Assembly (NCBI GenBank): GCA_047495785.1
Contig: JBLDXI010000036.1
Span: 682,001 to 746,000 of the forward strand
Source of the DNA: Lepidodermella squamata
Lineage: Eukaryota; Animalia; Gastrotricha
Length of the DNA: 64,000 nt
Direction of reading: 5' to 3'
A program made the translations under genes and the position numbers. The notes beneath the pieces were generated by a model. The model ran no database searches and was not told where the DNA came from. It was given only the letters and a program-made list of their open reading frames with translations. Of this stretch, positions 11,459 through 20,800 are shown piece by piece; the stretch's first letter is position 1, and each line of letters begins with the position of its first letter.

Positions 11459-12130
11459 ATGGATACCTCCGTGCAGGAAACTTTGATGCAAGACGATGGT
11501 CCTGCCGCCTTCTCGAAACGCGTCGATGGCCCTCTGCTTCCGCCACGTGGTTCTAGTGGTGCTGGCGACTCAAATCGGAGTTATGGATCCCCTCATGAAC
11601 AGCAGCTCACTCGATTTCAACGAGCGCACTACACATTGGCTAAACAGTCGGTAACGAGCTGTAAAGATCCCAACTTTGTCATTCTGCGCAGAAATCGCGA
11701 CGAGAACAGCACCCTTGATCTCGAGTTCTTTGTTGGTCATGCAATCGAAATGAACAAGCTCTTCTTCACACGAAAAGGATTATATTTATCGGTTCGAGAA
11801 CTGCGAATGATTTACGAGAGCATGCAGGTGGAAGGTGGATGGGTTGACAAGATAAAGCAAGAGCTGAAACAGCCGCGCGGAAAGTTTTGTAATGGACCTA
11901 AACATCTCATCGGAGGGATGATTCATGCAAGAGTTTTCCGCCCAACTGGATCACAGCGCGCCTATGTTGATATCCGCCTTTACGTGAACAATCGAAACAA
12001 TCAAGCCGGACAACAAGAGCCACAAGAAAATTCGAGTGACTTTTCGCAGGACGGATTTTGCGCATCAGATGTGGTCTTTCTGGAGCTCCAGCACATGATT
12101 TACTACATGCTGTCGAACTTGAACGAATAG
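11459..12130 (+). CDS. Tandem PC4/Sub1-like ssDNA-binding / coactivator-like protein
   Basis: YVDIRLY and TRKGLYLSVREL resemble the PC4 motifs YVDIREY and KKGISL, one in each half. Divergent orientation; AATAAA at ~12211. Confidence 0.55.
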   Translation: MDTSVQETLMQDDGPAAFSKRVDGPLLPPRGSSGAGDSNRSYGSPHEQQLTRFQRAHYTLAKQSVTSCKDPNFVILRRNRDENSTLDLEFFVGHAIEMNKLFFTRKGLYLSVRELRMIYESMQVEGGWVDKIKQELKQPRGKFCNGPKHLIGGMIHARVFRPTGSQRAYVDIRLYVNNRNNQAGQQEPQENSSDFSQDGFCASDVVFLELQHMIYYMLSNLNE

Positions 12131-12259
12131 AGCAATCAAGCAAGCTACTTCGCGCGCCCAAACTAACATTGATCATATATCCGCGTGTAAATATGCTTCT
12201 CGAGTAATACAATAAAGTGAAAATCTGTGAAAAGTTCAGTCTTTATTAGCATGTCAATT

Positions 12260-13066
12260 TTACATAGTCAATGGCAGGTTCAGATTTGGTACATCATCCA
12301 CTTTAACAAAGACGTTGCCGGTGCGGGTACCGATAAAATTTCGAAATCGAAGTAACGGCGGGCATGACGCTGTGTTATCAATGAGAAGGTAACCAAATGG
12401 AACGCTTGTAGCAAGGTCGAAACTCTCTGAATCATCAAAGAAAAAGTTCAAATTAAAATGATGAGCAAAGCAAGGATCCTACCTTGCAAGAACCGCCAAT
12501 CCTTGGGCATAATCTGACGTGCCAGGTGAGAAAATTGTGTCATATCGCAGGGTGAACGGAACACAATAATGTAGCGAGCGTTCAGAGTCAGGTCGCGAGA
12601 GAACTTACCTCTAAGTAAAGAAGAACAAAATGAGATAATAAGGAACGATTAAAGGGAGAGATAGTGAAAACCTGGGGAAGAGGTTATTTTGGGCCATGAT
12701 AACACTGATCTGGCTGTGATGAGATCCTCGGTAAAACAATTCAGCAACCTGTTTCATATCTTTTGCATCGCTGTAGTTATCGTCAAATATTATTAGTTTG
12801 TGAGCCCCTCCTAAATAGTCAGCTTCATGAAATGATCCAATGTCGTCGCGAAATTCGATGGGAACGCCACGAGCAAGCAACACCTGCTGACTGAGCTCAG
12901 CATGTCCAGGTTGAGCAATTCCTCTGAACCAAACTATTCTATCCAAAGGTTTGTCGAAAGATTCGGGATAAAGCAGAATGTCTTTAATGAGTGTCGATTT
13001 TCCACCCTGACTCGGGGCGGAAAGGATTATAGTACAAGGTGATTGAAAAGCCGTTGTGAAGCTCAT
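12260..13066 (-). CDS. ATPase: A32/FtsK-like genome packaging ATPase, 3 exons (introns 12611-12671, 12427-12482)
   Basis: Walker A APSQGGKST, Walker B IIFDD. Splicing restores QNNLFPR|GKFSRDLTLNARY...LARQ...FLQ|ESFDLATSVPFGYLLID. Confidence 0.93.
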
Positions 13067-13084
13067 AGCTACTTGTTTTATTTT

Positions 13085-13588
13085 TCAAAATCGCTTCTTT
13101 TTATAGTGATCTCTCACAAAGCTAAGAACAAAGGCGTCATTCTGCTGCCTAGAATTTCTGCCGTGATTAGTGATTAAGGATACAATATTAGGTAAGGAAA
13201 CACCACGTGCCGACTGATGAAGGAACACCAAGCAGTATAAGCCACAGTGAATGCTGTCGTAAGCCTGAAGGCTACGGTGGTTATGTGATCGCAACTTTCG
13301 CCCACAGTTCGCCATATTACTTATGAAATGCTCGATCCTAACAGACCAGCTACTGGATTGTTGGCCGTAAGAGTCCATGAAGATGATCGATGAATCGGTA
13401 ACATGAAGAGCAATCCAATGTGACCCTGCTGACGAGCTGGGCGAGGCGTTCACAATCAGGAACAGAGGCTTTTGCGACGAGCCAAGATTTTCATAATAGG
13501 CAAGCGAGTCGCAAGGAATAGTAGCGAAAATGCCTTGGTTAATAACTGGGTCCGAGGCAAGAAAAGCGGTTAATTGATTCGTATTCAT
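13085..13588 (-). CDS. PRO: Adenain/Ulp1-like cysteine protease (virion maturation)
   Basis: GSHWIAL, FMDSYG and LQAYDSIHCGLYC give the His/Asp/Gln/Cys catalytic set. Confidence 0.93.
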   Translation of the reverse strand: MNTNQLTAFLASDPVINQGIFATIPCDSLAYYENLGSSQKPLFLIVNASPSSSAGSHWIALHVTDSSIIFMDSYGQQSSSWSVRIEHFISNMANCGRKLRSHNHRSLQAYDSIHCGLYCLVFLHQSARGVSLPNIVSLITNHGRNSRQQNDAFVLSFVRDHYKKKRF

Positions 13589-14928
13589 CAGAAAAAGTTG
13601 TGAATGACAGTGCGGTTCGACTGGAGCTCCATCACCCGGTGTTTATACTGCATTACGGCAATAAGAGTTGCCGGGTTCGGCAGCTTTTTGCCGAAAACTA
13701 GGTTAATTGCCATCTGACCCGTGGTAATAAGGCGGCCATTCGGGTCGTTGTCCAGTGACAGCTGAAATGCGAGCACTGTGCCACCACTTTTAACAAAATC
13801 GCCCCGACTAATATTGACGCATTTCGAATTCGAATCGGGAAAAATGGTGTCTTGCATTAGTTGATAAGCCCTAGCGCAATCTAAAGTACCAAAGTTCATG
13901 GCCAATGGAGTGCCACCCACAGCTTTCCCATCAATTGTTATCGTTATATTTTGAAGGTCAAAATGTTGAAAGTTGAAAGGGTTGGCTGTAGCCGCTCCCT
14001 GAAGAGCTGAATCCTCGACCATAACTAAATTTGGAATGATTTAAATTAAACATGAATTCCGAGCCGAAAACTTACCTAAAATGAGCTTTTCCGGAATCAC
14101 ACCCATGACTACATTGTTGAGATGGATTGATGTCATGTTAGTGGGCAAATTGAAAGGTTTGGCCAGGGTATGGTTGAAAATGTACTTTGCAGGGGTTTCA
14201 ACTAGTGCCCTCTCCAGAGCCATCGTTACCTCAGGAACAACTTCGACACGTTTCACCAACAAAACAGCTTCCAGTAGTTTGAACTCGTAATCTTTCAGAT
14301 CATCGGACATCAAGAAAAAATCCGGTTTATGCATAGTTAACTTGATTCGAACACTCGTTTGGGGGATCAAATATTTCTCCTGATTGAAGAAGTCCGTTTG
14401 AATTTTCCCGCATAACGAGATAACGGGGTTCTTTTCTATATCATTGACAAGGCTTAGTCGCTGCACGAAGCCGGAATTAGGTGCCTTCAACTGGTCGAAA
14501 GATCCGAATGAGTCTGGATGCCACGCAACGTTACTCAACTTGGCATTTTGCACATCTTCCGAGGCCGAAAGTAAATGCTCAATGTACGCAGAAATCGGAT
14601 GTAACGAGGTGTTTTGCGTTATCAGATACTCATTCACGTAAACGTGGCAATCGGAAAACATTGAATTTAAAAAATTGTTAACAGGCGCACAACAAAAGTT
14701 GTTCTTTGTCATGCCGGCAGCAGTTGAAGTGATTGAGGCTTTGATGGAAAGGTAAGTATGACTGAGGTCGGTGAATGCTTCCGATGCGGGGATCGTAAAG
14801 GTGATTTGTTGCGCGCCCGAAATGGATGCCATGGGATGGCACTCCGTGGTGTGAGTACCAGTGACCTCATTGGTGACAGGCGGGGAAGCGAAAATAGCCA
14901 ACTCTGCCCTAATTGCGTGATCAGACAT
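13588..14928 (-). CDS. MCP: Major capsid protein (double jelly-roll), 429 aa, 2 exons (intron 14025-14075)
   Basis: ELAIF, FTDLSHTYL, PVNNFLNSMFS, DFFNQEKYLIP. Splicing gives IPEKLILVMVEDSALQG...NPFNFQHF. TATATATAAA ~40 bp upstream. Confidence 0.93.
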
Positions 14929-14983
14929 TGTAAATTCTCGGAATAATGTTTTATTAATAATTCATCGCTTTATATATATCAAA

Positions 14984-15397
14984 TCAGAACAGAATGCGCG
15001 TAGATTTAGCTGGCCTTTTCCCACGCTTAAATTTTCGTTTGCCGGAACCGTACTGACGAGCTAGGTGACTGATTGCATCCTTTCCTACTGTTTTTAGGCC
15101 TTCCATACCTCGATTCTTGAAAACTTCCGCCATGTTATATTCAGATCCAGCTTGCTGCCGCTCAGAAATATCCGAAGCAATGTTTGTTGCAGTTGAAGCA
15201 GCTGAAGTGAAAAGTTTAGGCAGAAAAGGTATTAAAGTGTGACGAATAAAGCTGCGGATATATGTTCCCAGTCCATTTCCAACTTGAGGCATCAATACGA
15301 TGGATGGTCCACTAAACGGTTGTATACCGCTTCCGCCTCGTCCAGTTTGGCTAATGAACCAGTTGTAGTAGGCATCGGAAGAAATGGGTGCTCGCAT
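14984..15397 (-). CDS. Polinton core protein with repeated QxGxG cleavage-like motifs and a basic C-terminus
   Basis: QTGRGG, QVGNGLG followed by an amphipathic helix, QYGSGKRKFKRGKR. Lies between mCP and MCP. Confidence 0.78.
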   Translation of the reverse strand: MRAPISSDAYYNWFISQTGRGGSGIQPFSGPSIVLMPQVGNGLGTYIRSFIRHTLIPFLPKLFTSAASTATNIASDISERQQAGSEYNMAEVFKNRGMEGLKTVGKDAISHLARQYGSGKRKFKRGKRPAKSTRILF

Positions 15398-15400
15398 TGC

Positions 15401-16523
15401 TTAGCGACGAATGGGCCGAATATGGATGGTGACAAGAGATTTGCCTTCCTTATATACAACTTTCTGTCCCGAGTCTAGGCACATCAAAATTGAAATAGTA
15501 TCCACAAATTGAGTGCGAACAGGGTGATAAAACGGCATTGAGCCAGCAAAACTGGTCATGCTGTATTTTGTGGCGGAAGCTGAACCCGAAGCTGGAAATA
15601 CGCGGAGTAATGGTACAAATTTGTCACCACATATTGTGTGTTCAATCAAATCGCTATAGCAATAAACCAAAGGGCTGTGAAAATGGATCTGTGGCTTGAA
15701 CTCGGAAAAAATTGGAATCTCATCGTACGTCGGGCGGTAATTTACTGCAGCTACCAACTCTGATTCACCACTTTCATTTTTCCGATGCATGTTTAGTCTC
15801 AACTTGCCATCGTCACAGTCCTGGTAAGTCGGAATCTTACCGTGGGCCATTGGCATCTTTGAGCCTTCCTTCCCCGGCAAAATAAATCGCAACATGTGAC
15901 TAAACAGCGATAAAAACTCGCGCTCATGGCGTATAGAGTCTTCCAACTCAAGATCCTCGTCATGTGGCGGAATATTCAGCAAAAGAGTCCCACGCTCAAA
16001 CCCTAGTATTTGAGCAATAAACTCGGGTAAATAGAGACCACAGCCAGGTTTTAAGTTGAATCTAATACGACTCCTTGATTCCTCATGACTCAAAGTCATG
16101 CCGCTCCAATCGGGGAATTCCGCTGTCATATGATTCAGAAAGTCGTCCATGGTTTCGTAAATTCTGCCGCCAACAGTACATTGCGAAAATTCTTCCGGTG
16201 TGTCAAACGGTGAATCATTCAAATTCGCACGCTCGAACCATGACGTTTTGAACAAATAGAAATGAGATTTCTTAATGGAAATCACTTGAGAAGGTGTGCA
16301 GACTTCCAAAAGCGCCGCTTCATGGCTCCCTATGCATCCCAAATCTATGAAAATCGAAACATGGTAAGAACAAAATAATAATATCTGAATCCGCCATACC
16401 GATAATTTCCGGGAGCTTGACTTTAAATTCTGCCGCATTATTGTTGCTAAAAAGATCCATTGACGCGTGAGAAGGAAGTGTCAAAATGAGATCTTTGCCG
16501 TAATAATTATTTGCTGGAAGCAT
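15401..16523 (-). CDS. mCP: Minor capsid protein (penton, single jelly-roll) with a large central insertion, 2 exons (intron 16345-16399)
   Basis: LTLPSHASMDLFSNN...FKVKLPEII|DL...EAALLEV at the N-terminus; YCYSDLIE...GDKFVPLLR...VTIHIRP at the C-terminus. Confidence 0.88.
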
Positions 16524-16728
16524 TCGTAGTTGTCGATTGATAGATTAGCGGATAAAAAAACCACGTCAATATCAGCAAAATTAAGGTAAGGGTAACAGTC
16601 GTAATTTGTTTCGTTCGTTTAGACAAGGAACTGGCAAAGCTTGGGGATGGTAGCAGCGGCGCAGGCAAAATTAGTGGTCTCTGAATGCGAGACAGGTCAG
16701 GAGTCGAAAGTGAGTGCATTTTCCCCAA
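16507..16728 (-). CDS. Small putative single-pass membrane protein
   Basis: 73-aa frame between INT and mCP with a strongly hydrophobic stretch (VTLTLILLILTWFFYPLIY); true start uncertain. Confidence 0.4.
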   Translation of the reverse strand: MGKMHSLSTPDLSRIQRPLILPAPLLPSPSFASSLSKRTKQITTVTLTLILLILTWFFYPLIYQSTTTNASSK

Positions 16729-16746
16729 CCTGATTTACTATCCTTT

Positions 16747-17796
16747 TTATATTCTTTGAAGCTCGAAATTATAGAACACACGATTCAACTGTTTTCCTTG
16801 CCCCTCCGGTTTCACTCGATAGGCAACAGTCGAATTTCCATTTTGAGGAATAACTTTTGATACGAGATAGATTTTCTCAGAAAAAGTAGGGTTCTTCACA
16901 CGATTCTTGAAAGTTGAACGTTTCTCCATAATACGAACGCGATCACCAACCTTGAATTGAACCCGAACTGGTCGAATATTCGAGAATATAGTTTCAAAGG
17001 CCAGGAAATTATCAAAATGCTCATCATAAACAGTCATTAGTCCGGGCTCTGAAAGTTCCATGTTCAGTTTGGGAGAATGGGCCCAAAGATCATTCGGACT
17101 CATTTGAGTAGTTGAATTTGGACAAGAGTTGATTGAGTGAAGAAAATCACCCAATTTATCGATAAATTTCTTGGTATTGTTCGCCATCAGGTAACGAACA
17201 ATCCGCATGCGAATATTGCGGATAAAAGTTTCGATTGAGCCGACCTTTTTCGTTGACTCGGTTAGGTAAAAATGCGAATGCAATTCGTTTTCAATGTAGT
17301 TTCGAACTCGCTTGTCCTTGAATTCTGACCCTTTGTCAGTAATGAACTGATGTGGAACTAAGCCAACGTCTACCATTATCTCCTTCAATGCAGATAGAAC
17401 CACCGCCCCAGTTTTATTACGAAGAACTTTTAGCCAACATTTGCGTGTGTATAAATCTTTTACACATAAGATGTATTTTTGACGCCTATTGTTAAATTGG
17501 TACTCCTTGGTAATTTCCAGCAAATCAGCAGCAAAGCAGGAACCCTTGGAGTAAACAGCCACTCGGCGGAAAAGCTTTCTATTTCGCGTTGAAGCTTGTT
17601 TAAACCGAGAATAAGCCGGTTGTTTAGAGAGCCATTCTCTGACTGACTTGTACGTGATCAAAGGATTATTTGGATATTTTGAAACTGCAGCATCATATAA
17701 AATTTTTATAGAACGGAAACTGCTAGGAAGCTCAGGCGAGTAGTACAATGGGTGTAGAATATCATCAAGCTCAACAATTTCGACATCGGAAGTCAT
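16747..17796 (-). CDS. INT: Retroviral-like (RVE) DDE integrase, 349 aa
   Basis: YYSP...WL..Q.AY N-terminus, FAADL, TDKGSEF, IETFIRNIR, FKVGDRVRI, FYNFELQ. Consistent with the 6-bp TSD. Confidence 0.95.
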   Translation of the reverse strand: MTSDVEIVELDDILHPLYYSPELPSSFRSIKILYDAAVSKYPNNPLITYKSVREWLSKQPAYSRFKQASTRNRKLFRRVAVYSKGSCFAADLLEITKEYQFNNRRQKYILCVKDLYTRKCWLKVLRNKTGAVVLSALKEIMVDVGLVPHQFITDKGSEFKDKRVRNYIENELHSHFYLTESTKKVGSIETFIRNIRMRIVRYLMANNTKKFIDKLGDFLHSINSCPNSTTQMSPNDLWAHSPKLNMELSEPGLMTVYDEHFDNFLAFETIFSNIRPVRVQFKVGDRVRIMEKRSTFKNRVKNPTFSEKIYLVSKVIPQNGNSTVAYRVKPEGQGKQLNRVFYNFELQRI

Positions 17797-17818
17797 TATC
17801 ACAAGTAAAAATGAATTT

Positions 17819-20800
17819 TTATTTTTTATAACCGAATGGGATGGTTTCAAAGGTTGCAAAGTTCGAGATTACTCGTTTTTGAAATTTGAAACTAAGTGTT
17901 TTTATAGTATTTTCAATGGCAACTTTTGCATACGGCTTGCAGTGGAATCGGCGCCAGACTTGTTGTTCAAGCTCTAGTCGTGCCTTCTCACCACCGCAGT
18001 TGACAGATTTCAGGATGTTCATAAAGCATTGGAAATTCGTACGCTTTTTGAGCGCGGAAGTCAATTGAAATCCTTTCATCCTGATGCATGTGTTGCCCTG
18101 GGATGTTTCGTACATGTAGGTTTTTGGGGCGAGTCCGATAAACCTGAAATATTATTCCACGAAAAGCTGTTCAATTATAAAAACAAAAAAATTGACTCAC
18201 TTGGTAATATGTTCATTTGCATTTAATTCCGGTTTCCATTCCCCAAGAAAATTGCCAACATGCAACGGCTGAGGTCCTCCAGGTCGCTCGACGTAAATGC
18301 AGGAGTCTGCGAAGATATGGTGAGATTTAGCGTCAGCAGATCCTACCCTGAGCTTCCCCTGAGCCTCAGCTACCCTAACCTGAGCTTCCCCTGAGCCTCA
18401 GCTACCCTAACCTGAGCTTCCCCTGAGCCTCAGCTACCTTAACCTGAGCATCCCCTGAGCCTCAGCTACCTTAACCTGAGCATCCCCTGAGCCTCAGCTA
18501 CCTTAACCTGAGCATCCCCTGAGCCTCAGCTACCTTAATCTGAGCATCCCCTGAGCCTCAGCTACCTTAACCTGAGCTTCAGCGACCCGTCTTCGAGCTG
18601 TTCTTACCTGTGTCGGTGTACAGAACACAGTCCTGTAGGCGATGCAGCTGGCGGTACAGGTAAACTCTCGCCGCTGAGGTGACGTAAGCGGCCAAGACCA
18701 CGTTGGAAACGGGTAAAGTTGGCTGCAATTCCAGCTGACTGGTGTGAGTTACGCGTAGTCGCTCCTCCGACCGGCACCCTTCATCATCGCAGGGTGGAAT
18801 CACAGCGATATCGTGGATTGTGATACCAGGTCTGCGAATCAAGCTCAGTAGCTCGGCCGGAGTATCGATATACGTAACGTCGAGACCATCTGGCCGTAGT
18901 CCGAGCTTACCATAAGCTAAATTCAATGTTGAATGGACCCGATGTTTATTTTTCTATCGAAAAAATGTACCTGTATTGAGCAGCAACTTCCCCAGTTGCC
19001 TTTTCGCATTATTGACCGTACCCAACTGACCTGGATCCAACTCTATTCCATAGAGTTCCTTGCATTTTTCGACGTAGCCTTCGACATCGTTTCCTGAGTA
19101 TCCGCTCGCTTGCAATTTTATCTGAAAATTAAAAATTAGAAACTCATTTTCCAATCCGATTTGACAGTTTACCTTCAGGCTGTCATGAATGAACGATCTG
19201 AAGAGCTCCGTTGACTTCTTGTCGTAATGATAGGATTCATAAAACCGAATCACTTCGCACTGGTTCAGATCCAATGCTAGGCGAAGTTCTGTTGTGGTAA
19301 CGAAGATTCGGTAGCATCGCTCGTCATCGGAGTGAGTACACTCGGCCTGATGATTCATCTCCATACAGGATCTACAGTTGCCTACGATATAATTGTTTAA
19401 TTTTCGTGAGATTTGAGTTAAAAATTTATTACTTACCGAACTTCAGGTACCCTTGAGAGGTGCGATATGCCAATAATGGGATGAAAACATCTCTTCGCGG
19501 CAAGATCAACACGTGCGTTAACCCGAAAGTCGGTGTAATTGTTGAGTAGAAATGAGCGCGAAGTTCCAAGTGGTTATTTCGCAGTTTCAAAACGTCCTCA
19601 TTGACCGGTCCATAAGGTAAGAAAACGTCATAGTAACCATCCTCTTGAGATCCGATCTTGCCACTCAAAATTGCTGGGTAGAGGCTTTTTAAGGTCATAT
19701 TTACACACGAGTTTTTTTTTTTTAAATTATCATTAATTTAACCTATTTACGTCGAGATACTTGATCTTCTGGTCGGGTGACGAGGAAACGTCGTAAAACA
19801 GGCAAAAATTTTCGGTGCGGCCACCCATGAAACTATCACGTGGTAACGCCCTAGAATTCTCAGTTCTCAGAATAAGAGACATTTTAAAAATTACACCTTA
19901 ATTCTTACCTGTCAACAATGTCCAGGGTGCGTTCAATCTCCCCGGTCAGTACCGCATCGTCGCTCATGGCTTTCTTGGCTTCGCACGCCCAAATGCTGGT
20001 CAGATTGTATCCTGCAGCGCGAATTGCACCATCGCGTTCTTCTGTATCCTTGAATAAGAACCCAAATGATACTTTCCGGACAGGATGAATTTTATTGGCC
20101 GCTTCAGGAAAGCACCTGGTAACAATTCAGAAATGTTTTGATTTTAGCTTGTAAGTGTTTTTTTTTTGACATACTTCATGCAGCCATGGCAAAAACAGCC
20201 GTGGTACATGTACACCTCGAGAATCTTGTTGTTTGCGTCGTAAACAACCCCGTCAGGGAGGAATCTTCGGAACTTGGAATTCTCAGTTATACACAACTCC
20301 CCATTTGAGTTGGCTGCATGTTGAATGCGTTTCCCGGTTTTTCGAGCCACGAACTCGAAGTAAACAATAGATTCCCGCGAGTAATTCGCCCTAAAAATTC
20401 CCATGACTTACATTTTATTTGTTTTTCAACTTCAGGATTAATTCATACCCCTTCGCGTAGCCAGTGTTTGGAACAAGGTGAATAGGTGTCGCAGGATCCA
20501 GGTAGAGGAAGCGCCAAATGAAATTCGAAAGAGATGCCAGGGTTCGAACCTCTGAAAGTTATACGAATGAAAATAAAGATCCAGGCTGATTTTATAATCA
20601 TACCCCATATAGCGTCGATGCCTTCCGGACACTTGTCGTCTCGGGTTGTGAATTCTCGCAACATCGATCGGAACTTGATTACAGCTCTATGCAGCAAATT
20701 TACATCGGACTGGCAGTAATTAATCAGCTGATTACGAAGGTGGAACTTTTGATGCTGATTTTCAGCTAAGAATTGTTGCAACTCAGCGAGTTTTGAATCC

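Noticed and set aside
18346-18580. CRISPR-like array
   Set aside because: Head-to-tail 32-bp units with no unique spacers, inside a eukaryotic intron.
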